From Amphiscolops sp. MND2022 (Eukaryota), in assembly GCA_964187785.1 (NCBI GenBank), contig OZ076414.1, positions 18,724,001 through 18,788,000 on the forward strand: a DNA stretch of 64,000 nt, written 5' to 3'. Positions 47,701 to 59,365 of this stretch are shown in pieces (the first letter of the stretch is position 1; every line of letters starts with the position of its first letter). The position numbers were made by a program, and so were the translations under genes. The notes beneath the pieces are model-generated. The model saw only the letters and a list, made by a program, of their open reading frames with translations. It was not told the origin of the DNA and ran no database searches.

Positions 47701-48489
47701 CCAAAGAAGCCAATGAGTATCATTGGCGGACCAACAGCTCGAGAAGCTGCCACCCGTCGCCGAACGTTAGAACTTCCTGTCTCAAGAAGAATTTGAACAG
47801 TTGCCCACATCACGGTTGTTCGATATACAAGGTGGGGTCATACCCAATCACGCAGATCTACCTTCGCACTTACGGTATTTGCAATCTGCTCATCCTCCTG
47901 GTGCCGCGCATTGTTTGTCGAACTCAGCGAACCAAAAAGCGGGAACGGCAAAAACAGGCGCTACGTGCTCCTCTACCTTCGCTTTCTCCACCTGTCTTTC
48001 ATGCCCATGAAGACTTTTATGCCGAATAACCTGAAGACGGGATAGACGTGACGGAAAAGCCAGTCACGACTACTTACTGCCCACACACGTCACCAATGTT
48101 GCTTCGCGTACCACCTTCTCGCTGGCTGAGGCCAGCGGCCCGGTATTGCAAAACGCCCCCGACAATGTCAAACAAGCTTTTCTGGCGACTCGTGACCTGA
48201 AAAAAGACCTGCATGAGCACGCCCACACGATCCGTGGCATCAAAGACATAGTCCTAGCCCAAAACCGTGATGTTCTTGTGTTGGCCCTCAAAAAGCTGGT
48301 CCAGCACGAAAACATTGACCAAGATGTTTTTCAGGAGGATGTATTTGCCTTTGCCCATCTCTATTTCAAGCAGAAAAAGGACCTCCTCTTCATTAACGCT
48401 TGTGGTGTTCTCTGCGTGAAGTACCCCCCTCCCAGCGTTTGTTGCTCGAACGATCCTGCATGATCGTGATGCCACAGTTGTACCAACAT

Positions 48490-49430
48490 GAGGTTTTGTT
48501 CCGTATGCTTGTTGCAATGGAATACCAAGGCGTCAGCAAAGTTGTGGCATGAATACAAGAAAGACACGCGTGGCCTGGTATTCGGACAATACGTCAACCA
48601 ATGCCTTACGTGCCAACAAGTGCGTGACAAACCTGGGGACGTTTGCTTCCATCTCAAGGTGTCATGTTTCATCTTCTTGACACCTTGGTCAACATTGACC
48701 ATTTCTCTAAGTTTGCGGAAGCAGTACCTTGCAGCCATGAGGTTTATAATGCGTTTACTACTTCGCGTTTGCACTTGCAAAATTGGTTTGCCCGCCACGG
48801 AACTCCCACGCGTATGCAGTCCAAAAATGCTCACACTCTGACAGCCGAGGTCTTCAACGAGTTCATGAAAGCCTCACAGATCACTAAAATGACCTCCACT
48901 GCTGGTCATCCCCGCACTCAAGGACTGGTAGAGCGGCAGCACCGCACGCTGCTAACTCTGTTGCGCGTGTTCGTCTCACGCCGGATGCGTGACTGGGACC
49001 AACATCTCGACTAGGTGCTAGGTGCATACAACTCCACCCGGCATGCCACCACAGTTTTTTCGCCCTATATGTTGACATGACCGATTGTACGGAAAAGGCA
49101 ACACGACTCACGAACATCTACACATCTACCACGAACTTGCCAAACGATCTTTTAGACTCATGACGGGTACGTCGATCATGTGTTATCTCGCCAACAGGAA
49201 ATCCGCTCAATTTTGTCAAAAACTCAAAAACGATCGGGCTATCAGAGCCAAGGCGTATCGCCCAATGGACTTGGTCTGGGTGTTTTGTCGATATATCCCT
49301 CAAAAAGTTCTCTCTAGTTGATGCGCGCGTGGCGTGGCCTGCATCGGGTAGCTCATGTCCTGCAGAAGGGACGTGTGTTCATCCTAGACACTGGTCAGAA
49401 GGTACATTTTGAGCACCCTAAACCGCACCA
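48490..49430 (+). pseudogene. Integrase with GPY/F-like C-terminal motif, frameshifted
   Basis: CLTCQQ, IDHFSKFAEAVP, HGTP..MQS, GHPRTQGLVERQHRTL and LMRAWRGLHRV motifs. Confidence 0.9.
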
Positions 49431-50245
49431 GAGTGGTCCTAACGAAATTACAACGGCCCCACTTAACACCGGTGAAATATCGGTTGTTATGGACCCGTAG
49501 CCCGATCGAACCGTCGAAGCAGTTGACGACGATCTGTCCCAACCCTCTTATCGATCTGAACAATTACTTTCAGAGGCTTGGAATGTGTCTTTGCCCTTGC
49601 GCGGATGCCATTGGTTGGACACTAGACTCCGTAGTAAATTTCGTGCCGGTTGCTCTCGAATGCATTATCAGCAAGTCGACTATTCCACTTCTCCACAGCT
49701 TCGGATGATGAGCTGTCTGGACCCATGCTCCCTCTTCCCGCTCATCCACAAGGATGAGAACAATCTGAGTTGAATGCTGAACCAAACCCTGAGCCTCAGG
49801 CTCAAGACCTGGTCTCGGATACCTCCGTGGTCGTTCACTGACCATGCTCTGCGTCTCCCCAACTGTCAACCTCCGACTACTCACCACCACAACCTTTGGT
49901 TGGCACGTCTGTGCCCTATTATCGAATCCTTCGGTAATAACCGAATATTTCAGCAACTATCCGATCTGGCCAAACCAGGCCGTGGCATCGGACAACTCTG
50001 TGGCCCGTCTGTCATCAGCTTCAGTTGATGGTAGTTCGCGATCTGCTCCTCAGCTCCCAACCGCTGCTTCTTTTAAAAGAGGAAGGGGGAGGCCCCGTAA
50101 GAACCCACGGAAAACACAGGCTAAAACGGTGGCTCCGCCAGCGATACCGGAGACTCAGACCAGTTGAGGCGAAAACTCCTGCCTCAGTACAAATGTGCAG
50201 CATGTAGATTACGCGATGGTGTCTGTGTCTGTGTCCTGGATGTGA

Positions 50246-51330
50246 ATGAGAATTCGGAGGAGCCCGGGGAGTCCCCCGGAGAGACAACGAAATGAGGACT
50301 CTGTTCATCGTATCACGGTACGAGCAGCAAAAAGAAACATTTCGGGAAATGAACGAATGGAAAGATATTCTATCGAGGTGACTCTGCAGCAGATTGCTGC
50401 GTCTGGGGTCGCGAAAACACCGTGTCCCCGATTCAAGGAGTGGACGAATGATGGTAAAGGCCTGGAGATCAAATTTCTACCGTTATTCCTCCAGTCCCTC
50501 CCAGCATTGTGTTGGCCCTTTTAGGTTTGAACGACAGCCATTGCAGATAGCACGACCTATAACCGCTGCCATGTTGTTCGACCGATAAGGTGTACAGCTC
50601 GATATGGTGGTATTTACAGTCTTGCACTGCATTGGTGGTTGCAAGTCACGGCACCCCGAATGGACACATTGGTAAACTCACAACACCTGCTCAATGCCTG
50701 GAAAGTGTGAGGACTTTCACTAGGGAAGATTTAATCTGATGCTTTCACCTAATCGACTGGTATCGAGGCAATGTAATAATCCGCTGGTGACTAGAACTGA
50801 TCAATACGTGCTTCGTCAGCTATCCGCGGATCCGCTTGTTGGACGAGTGGACACATACCGTTGAAGAGCCGTTGCCTGTCAAGGCAGCGTTGAGAACTTT
50901 GGACACATGGGACCGAGCAAATGCTCATTATCAAGCACTGCCTTTTCTGTGTGGCAGGACTTTGCTACAGTGCAAGGACGCACTCCGCGCAAATGCTTAC
51001 TTCGTGACAATAGACCTGAACGGAATATCGTGTATCCTGGCTGTCTACATCCCAACCTGGTGGCGTATATCTCCGATGGCATGACTGTCTTCCTACAAGC
51101 CGAGGGCGCCATTTCGTTGGCCTGCCCAGCCAATTTGGAAACAAAATCTGATGCGCTACGTTACGTGTTGCACGAGTGTGGCAAGGAGCAAGCAAGTCTT
51201 TTCCTTACGACCGGGGATGAGAGAGGTCTTGACACTGACTCCTTGCATAACCAACAAGACTTCCCATACTATTCATTTGATGACCTTACGACCTAATCAG
51301 CGTGCGCGGCTGATAGCAGACAATTTTTTA
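50246..51330 (+). pseudogene. Accessory ORF A remnant (Cys/His-rich, unknown function)
   Basis: Frameshifted frames including HCIGGCKSRHPEWTHW.THNTCSMPGKCEDFH and LDEWTHTVEEPLPVK...LPFLCGR. Confidence 0.45.
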
Positions 51331-51882
51331 CTCTGTCTAGAAAAATTTATATTATGGCTTGGCGACAAAGAAGCGCCAAGCATTCACATTCCGATACTGA
51401 ACCCTTAACGGACAAATCACTCGTTGTTCAACTTGTACGAGGTCAAAGTGGAACTGGTTGCAGGGACCAACATCAATGTAATTTTACTCAGTCGTGTGTA
51501 TGTGTCGATACTGGGTATCGAGATAAGGGAGTGAAATATGTACTCAGTACTATGCCTCAGTACTCTGTCACTTATGCTTTCTTAGATTCTCATATAACGT
51601 TTGCGTACCCCTTTTGGTTAACCGTAGCTTAGTACCTCTTTTAGTTTGTCAGGAGAGGCGCCCAATGCACCTCCTTTCCTCCTTTGTAAAAGTTTTACAT
51701 GTACATTATAGTTGACGTGCCCTATGCACCTCCCTGAAGCCTACCATTAGTTCATGTAGTGTTAACTTAACTCCACGCATCTGGTCGAGCCCACCTATGG
51801 CTATGGAGCTCATGTTAAGTTTAGTTCCCTGACTGACTACCTCATAAATTGACAGGTCTAATGGCTACCTGTTTTTAGACCT

Positions 51883-54650
51883 ATGCTAAAATGCCCTACA
51901 ATCAAGCGCCAGGACACACCGCCCCCCTCCTTTCAGTGCCTGCTGGCACCACACGTTCGTGTGATGCTGCTCGAGGGCAGCGAATCAATCAGGGCAGTAA
52001 TTGGAAGAAAAGCTGCGGAATGGCATTTCTCCTGCCGCAGTCACCGACGTGACCGGCTTCCTGGTACAAACGGAGGCGCAGCAGACCCTGCCAAGCATGG
52101 CAGTATCAATAGTTGCCGACCTGTCCGGCTACAAGCGCACCATGACATACAGGAATGGTGTATGGGACGGGTATGACCTCACTCTTCAATTCCAGGATGA
52201 TCGGTCAACAGGAACGTATGAGCGGAAACACGTCGTTCGAGCAGGAGGCTACGCTGCGGATGTCTCCGTGCGCGCCTGTACAGCCAGCGGCTCCACAGTT
52301 GTTGCCCGCAGCGCACACGGTGATACAGCGGGAAGCTCAGTCATATCAACCTCATCTTCAGTAGCTGGTGCCTACTCTGACCCAAGCCGCACCGAGCACT
52401 CCAACGCCATATCCAGTGCTCTTTCTCTGCAGGTACCTTACATGGTGCCACAGGCTGCAGCAGCTCATTCATCCAACCCGGAGCTCGCGTCTCCTGTGCA
52501 CGAGTACAATCGACCTCATCTTCGGCTCCACCTTCAACCCGACCGCTGGTAGCACCAAGCATGGTAAATCGAACGCCAAGCGAGCAGGCGATAATTCAAG
52601 CTCTGCAGGCAGTTGCTAACTACCCAGAGTCACGAGACTTCGTAAAAACTGTAACTCGTATCCTGCTGGGCCTGCAAACACTGCTGGACGTTCTTATACA
52701 GCCCGAGGGCTGCATGCTGGCAAGTCAAAGCCCAGGTCCCAGCACAGCTACCTGTGTCTACGCTATCCGACGAGGAACCGTGTATATCCGACGAGGAACC
52801 ATGGCGTAAGACGACCTCGCCCCATGTACTAACTGAAACAATTAGCGCCAATGACAACCCTACCAGTCGTCCTACTCCTGACAAGCGGCAAAACGACAAC
52901 ATGCTGAGGTCGGTCGTAATCCCAGAACTTCCAAAAGTAGGCTTTACGGGCGTGCGTAAGCTGCAAATGTTGATGGACGAGGTACTGGACAGATACACTT
53001 CAAGTCCCTCTTCCGAGCTCGAATGCACGGGCTCTTCCTCATCCCGTATTACAACAACGTCTAAAGCTGTATTCCGCACACCTGCCTACTATCCACCATT
53101 TGAGGACGTGGCCGGATCGTTGGTCATCCGAGATGCCAATCGCATGTGGCAGGTAGCTCTCTTTTTGTCGGAGCCACAGTTTAGGGATCGACAACGGGTT
53201 CCCCCGTCCAAAGCGGGACACGCTCAGTTACAGAAGGTGTCCATTGTGGCCCACTTATCGCGAAACGTGCGTGCGTTCGATGTGGATATTGGCGAACAGG
53301 CCTGGGAGAGACGTGTCCGCAATCGAATGGCACTGACGCATGACAACTATCTTCGGTCAATGCAGAATAACCTGACGAAGCAGTTTCCCGAAAAAACATG
53401 CACTGCGTACAGGGGAAATTTGGGAAACCCATAGTGTGTATGCCCGTAGTCTGCAATCATTTAAGTCCATCCCGAAGAATTTGGTCCAACGGACCCGGTA
53501 TTGCGTCAAAGTAAAGTCGACGATTCCCTGTGACTTGCCATACGACAACATTGTGCCTGATGTGATGGTGATGACAATGACCTTATCCCGTCTACAAGAA
53601 ATGGCGGAAGTGGCAGTAGCAATATTTGCTCCGGAGCTCCAGGGCTCCCTCAAGGAACTACCTCCCAAGAAACTCATCTTTCCGAATTCGATCGATCATC
53701 TGACTTGTGAGGGACTGCTTCAACACCTGCGGCAAACCTTTCGTGATATGGACAATCGCGAGGCGACCAGAACTGAAGTGGCGCGCAAACTGCACCTGGT
53801 GGCAACCACGATGGAGAATATTCTGCCTGTTGCAGTCTACCGAACGAAGTGGTAATGCGCAATTGACCTGGGATGATGCCATTCACTACGATAACGTAAT
53901 GCGAATGGGACAGCTGACATTTGATCAGGAAGAAACCGTCTTCTTCCTGAATCAACACATGCAGAGCGCGAGTACATGCGCAGGTATAACTGGCTAGTGC
54001 GTGAGGGCCACAACGCCACCGTAAAGGCGGACCTGGACGCTGAGTGGGCAAGATTGGTCGCTGGCCAGCGAATCGAGAAGTGGAGCGGACATTACCCCAA
54101 ATGCACTTCGCTGAGTGTGATGAGGCCAACAAGTTTCCCGGGGGTCTACGGCTTGTTGTGGCCCAGAAAACTGTGGTCCTGGAACAAGCCGTGCGAGCTC
54201 ACTTACGGAGGATGGTATCAAACTCAGCTTGCAACGGTGACTTTGCCAACGGCAGCTCGCGCGCTGTCTGTGTCATTCCCAGCCCTGATGACGAGTTTCG
54301 GGCTTGGCTGGAATTTAGACGTCATCGCGGATGAGTTCAAGTTGAATCGAACTCAAGTGAAGCAACTGCACGAGACGTTTGAGATAATGACTATCAATTA
54401 AGTGCTTGCTCTCGCGCTAGCTCTTGGTCCAACCAAGTTTGTGGCCGGTCCTCTGGCCCTTGTGATCGACATGGTCGCCGCCGGGAACCTGATGGAATTT
54501 TACACGTACCTGGTGTTGGCACAGGACAAGGTGAGCGGCCTAATCAATTTGGGCGAGGTGTTGTTCCTGCAGAACATCCAAAGATACACGGAACTCTTGT
54601 TCAAGCTGCGATGCTTGCCAGGGAAGACAAACCAGAAGCCCGGGGAGTGA
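51883..54650 (+). pseudogene. Accessory ORF B remnant (about 900 codons, possible SGNH-like domain), ending at the PPT/3' LTR
   Basis: Chain of overlapping ORFs 52001-52552, 52561-52809, 52754-53434, 53436-53855, 53707-53997, 53976-54401 and 54402-54650 on the sense strand. Confidence 0.65.
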
Positions 54651-55361
54651 TGTAACGGCATCCTGTTGTCAACGAAGTTTTGACACTTTCTGAAAAACTC
54701 GTTCAAATCTGACGTGGCGCCGAAACATGAATTTGGCGAAGTACCTGTCAGCAAAAAGTGTAAAAAGGCGGTAAAAGAAGCCGCCCCGCAAAAGAGAGCG
54801 AAACAATTGCGAGTAGTGACAGTGAAACAAACAACAACACGCGAAAACCACGGTGTTTGACCGCAGAAATCCAAGTTTGTGCAGTGATGAACCCAGAAAC
54901 ATCATAACAGCCTCGAGGTCCGTGCCTGGGGGTTGTGCCCAGCTCGAGCGCTGGTGCCGTGCCACCCCATTATTCACAGCTTTCGCCGAAATGGTCTCTA
55001 ATATCGTAATTTGTGTGCTTTTTGTGTATTTAGATCACAATATCCTCGATGGCTACTTCATGTTCATAGTGCTTTTACTCAGATTCCCACTGGAGAAATT
55101 CAGTTATCTACGACCTTGGCATTTTTATAAGCTGTCTACGCTGTGGTTGCGAATTTCAGAGCAAAACCCGTGATTCCTAGCAATTACAGAGTGGTATCAG
55201 GCCAGAGAGCGCCCTTAAAGACGGGTCCCCCTCCTTAGGACAGGCTATCCTTAGGAGGAGAAAATGAGCTGATGTCATGGTGGTTTGTCCCGGACCACAT
55301 CCATGGTACCAGTTCCTCCACTCTATCGTCACGTCACAAACGCTCAGAGCTTGCCGCTACA
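54651..55361 (+). repeat. 3' LTR
   Basis: Direct repeat of 39530-40197 with small insertions; preceded by GGGGAGTGA. Confidence 0.92.
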
Positions 55362-56035
55362 GTGTATTCTTCGATTTTTCTTCTACTCAAATGGCAAAAA
55401 TCAACGTGACATTATCTGGAACATTAAACTGGATTTCAGGTATTTGTTATACAATGGTAGCTGTATTCTGCTGTTTGTTTTTGATCAGTTGAAATTGATT
55501 TTGTTAGACATTTGTACATATAGTTACCGACACCAGTTGATCTCACTGGCATCTGATGTTTTTCTGCTACCCACAAGCACCGTAAATGCCGCCGATTAAA
55601 TGTTTCATATGTTAAGGAATTAAAACTTTTGATGTGATCTCATTGCTTGATCAATGAAAAAATTTTGTACAGTTCAAACAAATTGTGGGTCTTCATTTTA
55701 GAAAGAACAACAAAAACATTCTCACCGAAATGGAATGCTATTCATAATATAATCACACCAAAAACCAAGTTCTACCGAGGGAGCATTTATATGCGATGAT
55801 AAGTAACCTTAAAGAACAATCATCGTGGTATAGATTTGATACTCCAGTTGACCATTGTCTGTTTTTTCTATCGTCTCACCATTTCGTTAGAAACTATTTT
55901 TATTCAGATTGTCCTGATAGCATTTGACTGTCATGAAAAAACGTTGCAAAAAGAAGACGAAAACTAAAATGAAATGTGTAGCTGTCAAGAAAGGCGGGGG
56001 TGTACCGGATGAAAGTGGGAGTGGCAGGGACTCAC

Positions 56036-56102
56036 CTCGGTCCTCCAATTCCTGGAATCTCATTGGTTCTCTCTCCAAAGGACGTCCCTCGCTCACTGCT
56101 CC
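56036..56102 (-). CDS. Candidate 67-nt internal exon of an unidentified gene (SSERGTSFGERTNEIPGIGGP)
   Basis: Branch point ACTAAC, TTTGGAAG acceptor, GAG|GTGAGT donor; GC-rich island in AT-rich DNA. Confidence 0.4.
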
Positions 56103-56170
56103 CTTCCAAAGTTAGTATAACTTAGTCAATTAGAGAATAAACAGTCTCTACTATGATAGTAGTCATTGGA

Positions 56171-57110
56171 CAGAATGGTGGTCCGTTTTTGAAAACTGAA
56201 TTAAACATTCAGCAACTTTAAATCAAGATAAATTAACCACAGCAGAACTTGATTCGAACATTTTTCGCTTGTCAATACTTCGACAAATGCCCTTTCATGC
56301 GAACTACTCTGTTCCGAACTCCTTTCGAACCTCCATTCGTCGGATTATCGTACAAATTTTCAAGGTTGCGTTTTAAACATGTTTTTTTTTTCGTTTTATA
56401 CAGTTTTTTTTGTTTTTTTCGAAAAATGCATGTTTTTTTTGTTTTTTATTGTTTTTTTCAAAGAAAAGCAAAATATCTGCAGACTCGTCTAATTAAAACA
56501 TACAACAGCCAAATTTTTTTATTTCAGTGAATATAAAATTCACAATTTGCATCAACAAATGTTACACGAGAATTCATTTATTGAGCTGGCGGTACAAGAA
56601 GGACATTTTGCCGGCACGCTCCACTCCAAGCTGTGTACGGAGCGAGCCATACGTGTACCCCATCGTCGAAAACTGTCTTTCTAGTCCTGCCGAACTGCAC
56701 ACAGCCGGTAAAAGAGACAAAGCAAACTGCACAATCCCTTCAGGAAAGCCCATACGTAATCCCAGCTTCCACCATGAGGTTGTAGATGCCTCTTTGAAAT
56801 TTTCAAAAACACTTGGCACAAAGGGATCTTCTTTTGCTAAAAATTTCATGACGTCAGGCATGATATCGGCTTTACAAAGCCGAATATATTCAAGGCCCTT
56901 TACGTTTTCAGATGAAGTAAGAGAAAATTTGAAATTTTTATGGTTTTCTTGGGATATGCGTAGAATATTTCAGCAAACTTTTGAAACCCGCTCAGAATTC
57001 TGTATAGGGTGGGTCTTTTTCATTAGTTCTCGCTCACAATGCAACCATGTGTTATCAACCACCGGTGCTTCAACTGTTTGTTCACGACTTCCGCTGGAAA
57101 TCAGAAAAAT
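56171..57110 (-). mobile_element. 3' end of a hAT transposon with transposase C-terminus
   Basis: ORF 56574-56861 has TSWWK...SSAGLERQFS...RTQLGVERAGKM (hAT dimerisation domain); CAGAATGGTGG terminus at 56171 with TTCGAAC subterminal repeats. Confidence 0.85.
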
Positions 57111-57742
57111 AAACAAGACGGGAACGTCTAAAGTCGGCGCTATATCTAAGGCTCAAAAAGCGCAGAGTTTTCTATTATGCCCAGGATGTATTCATGAAAA
57201 GCTTTGAAAACACTTTCGAGACACCCAAAGTGTGCCTTTCATGCTCGATATGACTGGAAAATCACTTTTCCCGACTGGAAACAAAAAAAAATTGAAAATT
57301 TTATTGAAAAAAAAATTTTTGAAAAATTTTTTTTTTGAAAAAAACTTCGAAAACGTCGCATAGTGCCGAAAAATGAAAAGGGGGGACCCTTTGGGATTCA
57401 TTAACATACTGTCTGTTGCAAAAAACAAAAAAATCCGAAGGTGGGACTCTTTTGAGACATTAAAAATTTTAGAAAAAAAATTCGCACAGTGCCGAAAAAA
57501 ATTGGGAGGGGGACCCTTTGGAGTTTTCCGGTTTTGTAGGTTACGTAAAAAAGGTACAAACGAAAGGGGGACCCTTTGCAGTAAGTTTGCATTGGTCGAA
57601 CTTGGCCTGAGTGAACATATCAGTTTCTGTAAAAAGTGGTACATACGCGATGAGCTCTGTGGTCGGACGAAAAAAAAGAAAAAAAACTAGTCACTGTAAT
57701 AGTCGGGCTTTTTTCCTTAAAGGAAAATGCGCCGACTAAAAA
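57111..57742 (-). mobile_element. HINE-like element abutting and truncating the hAT
   Basis: Perfect 3' end (rc TAGCGCCGACTTTAGACGTTCCCGTCTTGTTT) and 5' end (ATAGTCGGGC...GCGCCGACTAAAA). Confidence 0.75.
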
Positions 57743-57817
57743 TACACCTTTAAAACTATCTTTTTTTGGAACGGGACAGCTATTAGGTCCAATGACTGTG
57801 GTATAGCGTATGATAAA

Positions 57818-58061
57818 TGTAACGTCCAGCACCCAGCATAACACAATTTCGAAGCAATTTTGAAAATGTGCAATAACAAATAGAATAAATCAAGATGGCC
57901 GACCTGGCAGGTACTTGAAAACAGACAGGAAGATAGAAAATGCAGAAAACACCCCCAGTCCGAGAGACATGTCTAGGACTGTAGTAAGACAACGGTCTCA
58001 TGCTTAAGCACCCTAGGCATTATCCTACTTCTATGATGTACGCTGCTAGCTGGACGTTACA
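57818..58061. repeat. Putative solo LTR (or TGT...ACA MITE) with a perfect 13-bp TIR
   Basis: TGTAACGTCCAGC ... GCTGGACGTTACA, 244 bp, internal AATAAA; no clean TSD. Confidence 0.6.
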
Positions 58062-58325
58062 AAAGAACCAAACTTCGTTCAGGAATGGAGAAAAATTAGC
58101 CGAAAGTTTCGATTCAGATTCCAGAAAACTTTGAAAGGGTTTTATGTTTCCTATTTTGAATTAGAATAAGGGAGCTATCTTTATAATATCGGCAACCAAT
58201 GGAATATTAGTCGCATTTAACCAAGTTGCTTATGATTTTCATCAACTTTTTTTCTCCACGTAAACCAGAATCCAACGCAACCTACGATTCCATGTAGTTC
58301 TAGGCATGGAACCATATGGTCACAT

Positions 58326-59365
58326 CCCGGGTTGACCCCCTTACTAGCATCTTGGCTGTCTTGGCAAGATCTTGCCAAATTCTTACTACATCTTGGCAAC
58401 CATGGATCCCATAGCATGATTCTTATTAAGATCTCACTAAGATAATACTCATTCCAAGATCGTATCTTATCACAATGGACAAAGATTATTAAAAAAACAC
58501 TATACCTTCGGTTCAAGCAGCCGAGACCCAATCTAAAGGCTCATTTCACCCAACAACGACTATTTCTACTCGTTTTCATAATCAAAATCCTTAAACCTGC
58601 TGAAAAAATTTTGCATGCAAAAGTTTTGCACGCGATAACGTAGTCTGGCTTCCAAAATTTTGACGAGAATCCTAATAACTGCTCACCCGTTTAGGACTGA
58701 TAAATGCGAATATACCAAATGAAAGGTCATTTCAAGGGCTTTCCAAAACTTGTAATGTATCACTCCTGTCAATTCCAGAGACGGAGAAATATGCTCTCAA
58801 ACGTCCAGACCCACTATCGGAAAATTACAAAGGAAAGAACTTAAAATCCGGAAATTTTTTGTAAAAATCATATTTCCAGCTTTCTTTGAGCCTGTTTCAG
58901 TAGCCTTATTACTGCTAGAAGCGGCGGTCATTGCTCTAATTTGGGTAATGATTCAGCTCAAGGCTTTTCTGACGCCGTTGTTGGCGACAGTTTTGCAATT
59001 GAAAGAACAATATCGATATCGAAATGGTTGTAAAAATCATTCAGTAATTTTGTTTGGAGTGATGTCTAGATTATTTTTCCATAACTCGTAATTTAATGAT
59101 TTTCTGTTTCTACTTTTTCTCGATATCGAGCAGTTCGTAGCAAATTTTTTTCTTGCCATATTCGGCTTCAAAGTTAGATTTTTCTTTCCATATTGGGCTT
59201 CTTAGTAAGATTTTTCTTGGAAACATGGCTCTCTTGATAAGATCTTACCATGGCATCTTGCAATTCTTGGCAATATCTTGTCACAATCTTAGCTAAGATT
59301 TTTCCAAGATCTTGGCAAGATCTTGCCAAGATCTTGCTAAGATATCCATGGAGGGTCGACCCGGG
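58326..59365 (+). mobile_element. Complete family A TIR element with 2-bp TSD AT
   Basis: AT|CCCGGGTTGACC ... GGTCGACCCGGG|AT. Confidence 0.85.

Larger units (their letters stand above)
39530..55361 (+). mobile_element. 15.8-kb decayed Ty3/Gypsy LTR retrotransposon with accessory ORFs
   Basis: LTRs 39530-40197 and 54651-55361 (TGTAACGGC...GCCG(T/C)TACA, about 85% identical by eye); PBS-like TGGCGACC; PPT GGGGAGTGA; gag, PR, RT, RNase H and IN in order; no TSD. Confidence 0.92.

Noticed and set aside
56527-57207. 226-aa plus-strand ORF
   Set aside because: Antisense to the hAT transposase and runs into HINE sequence; no motifs.
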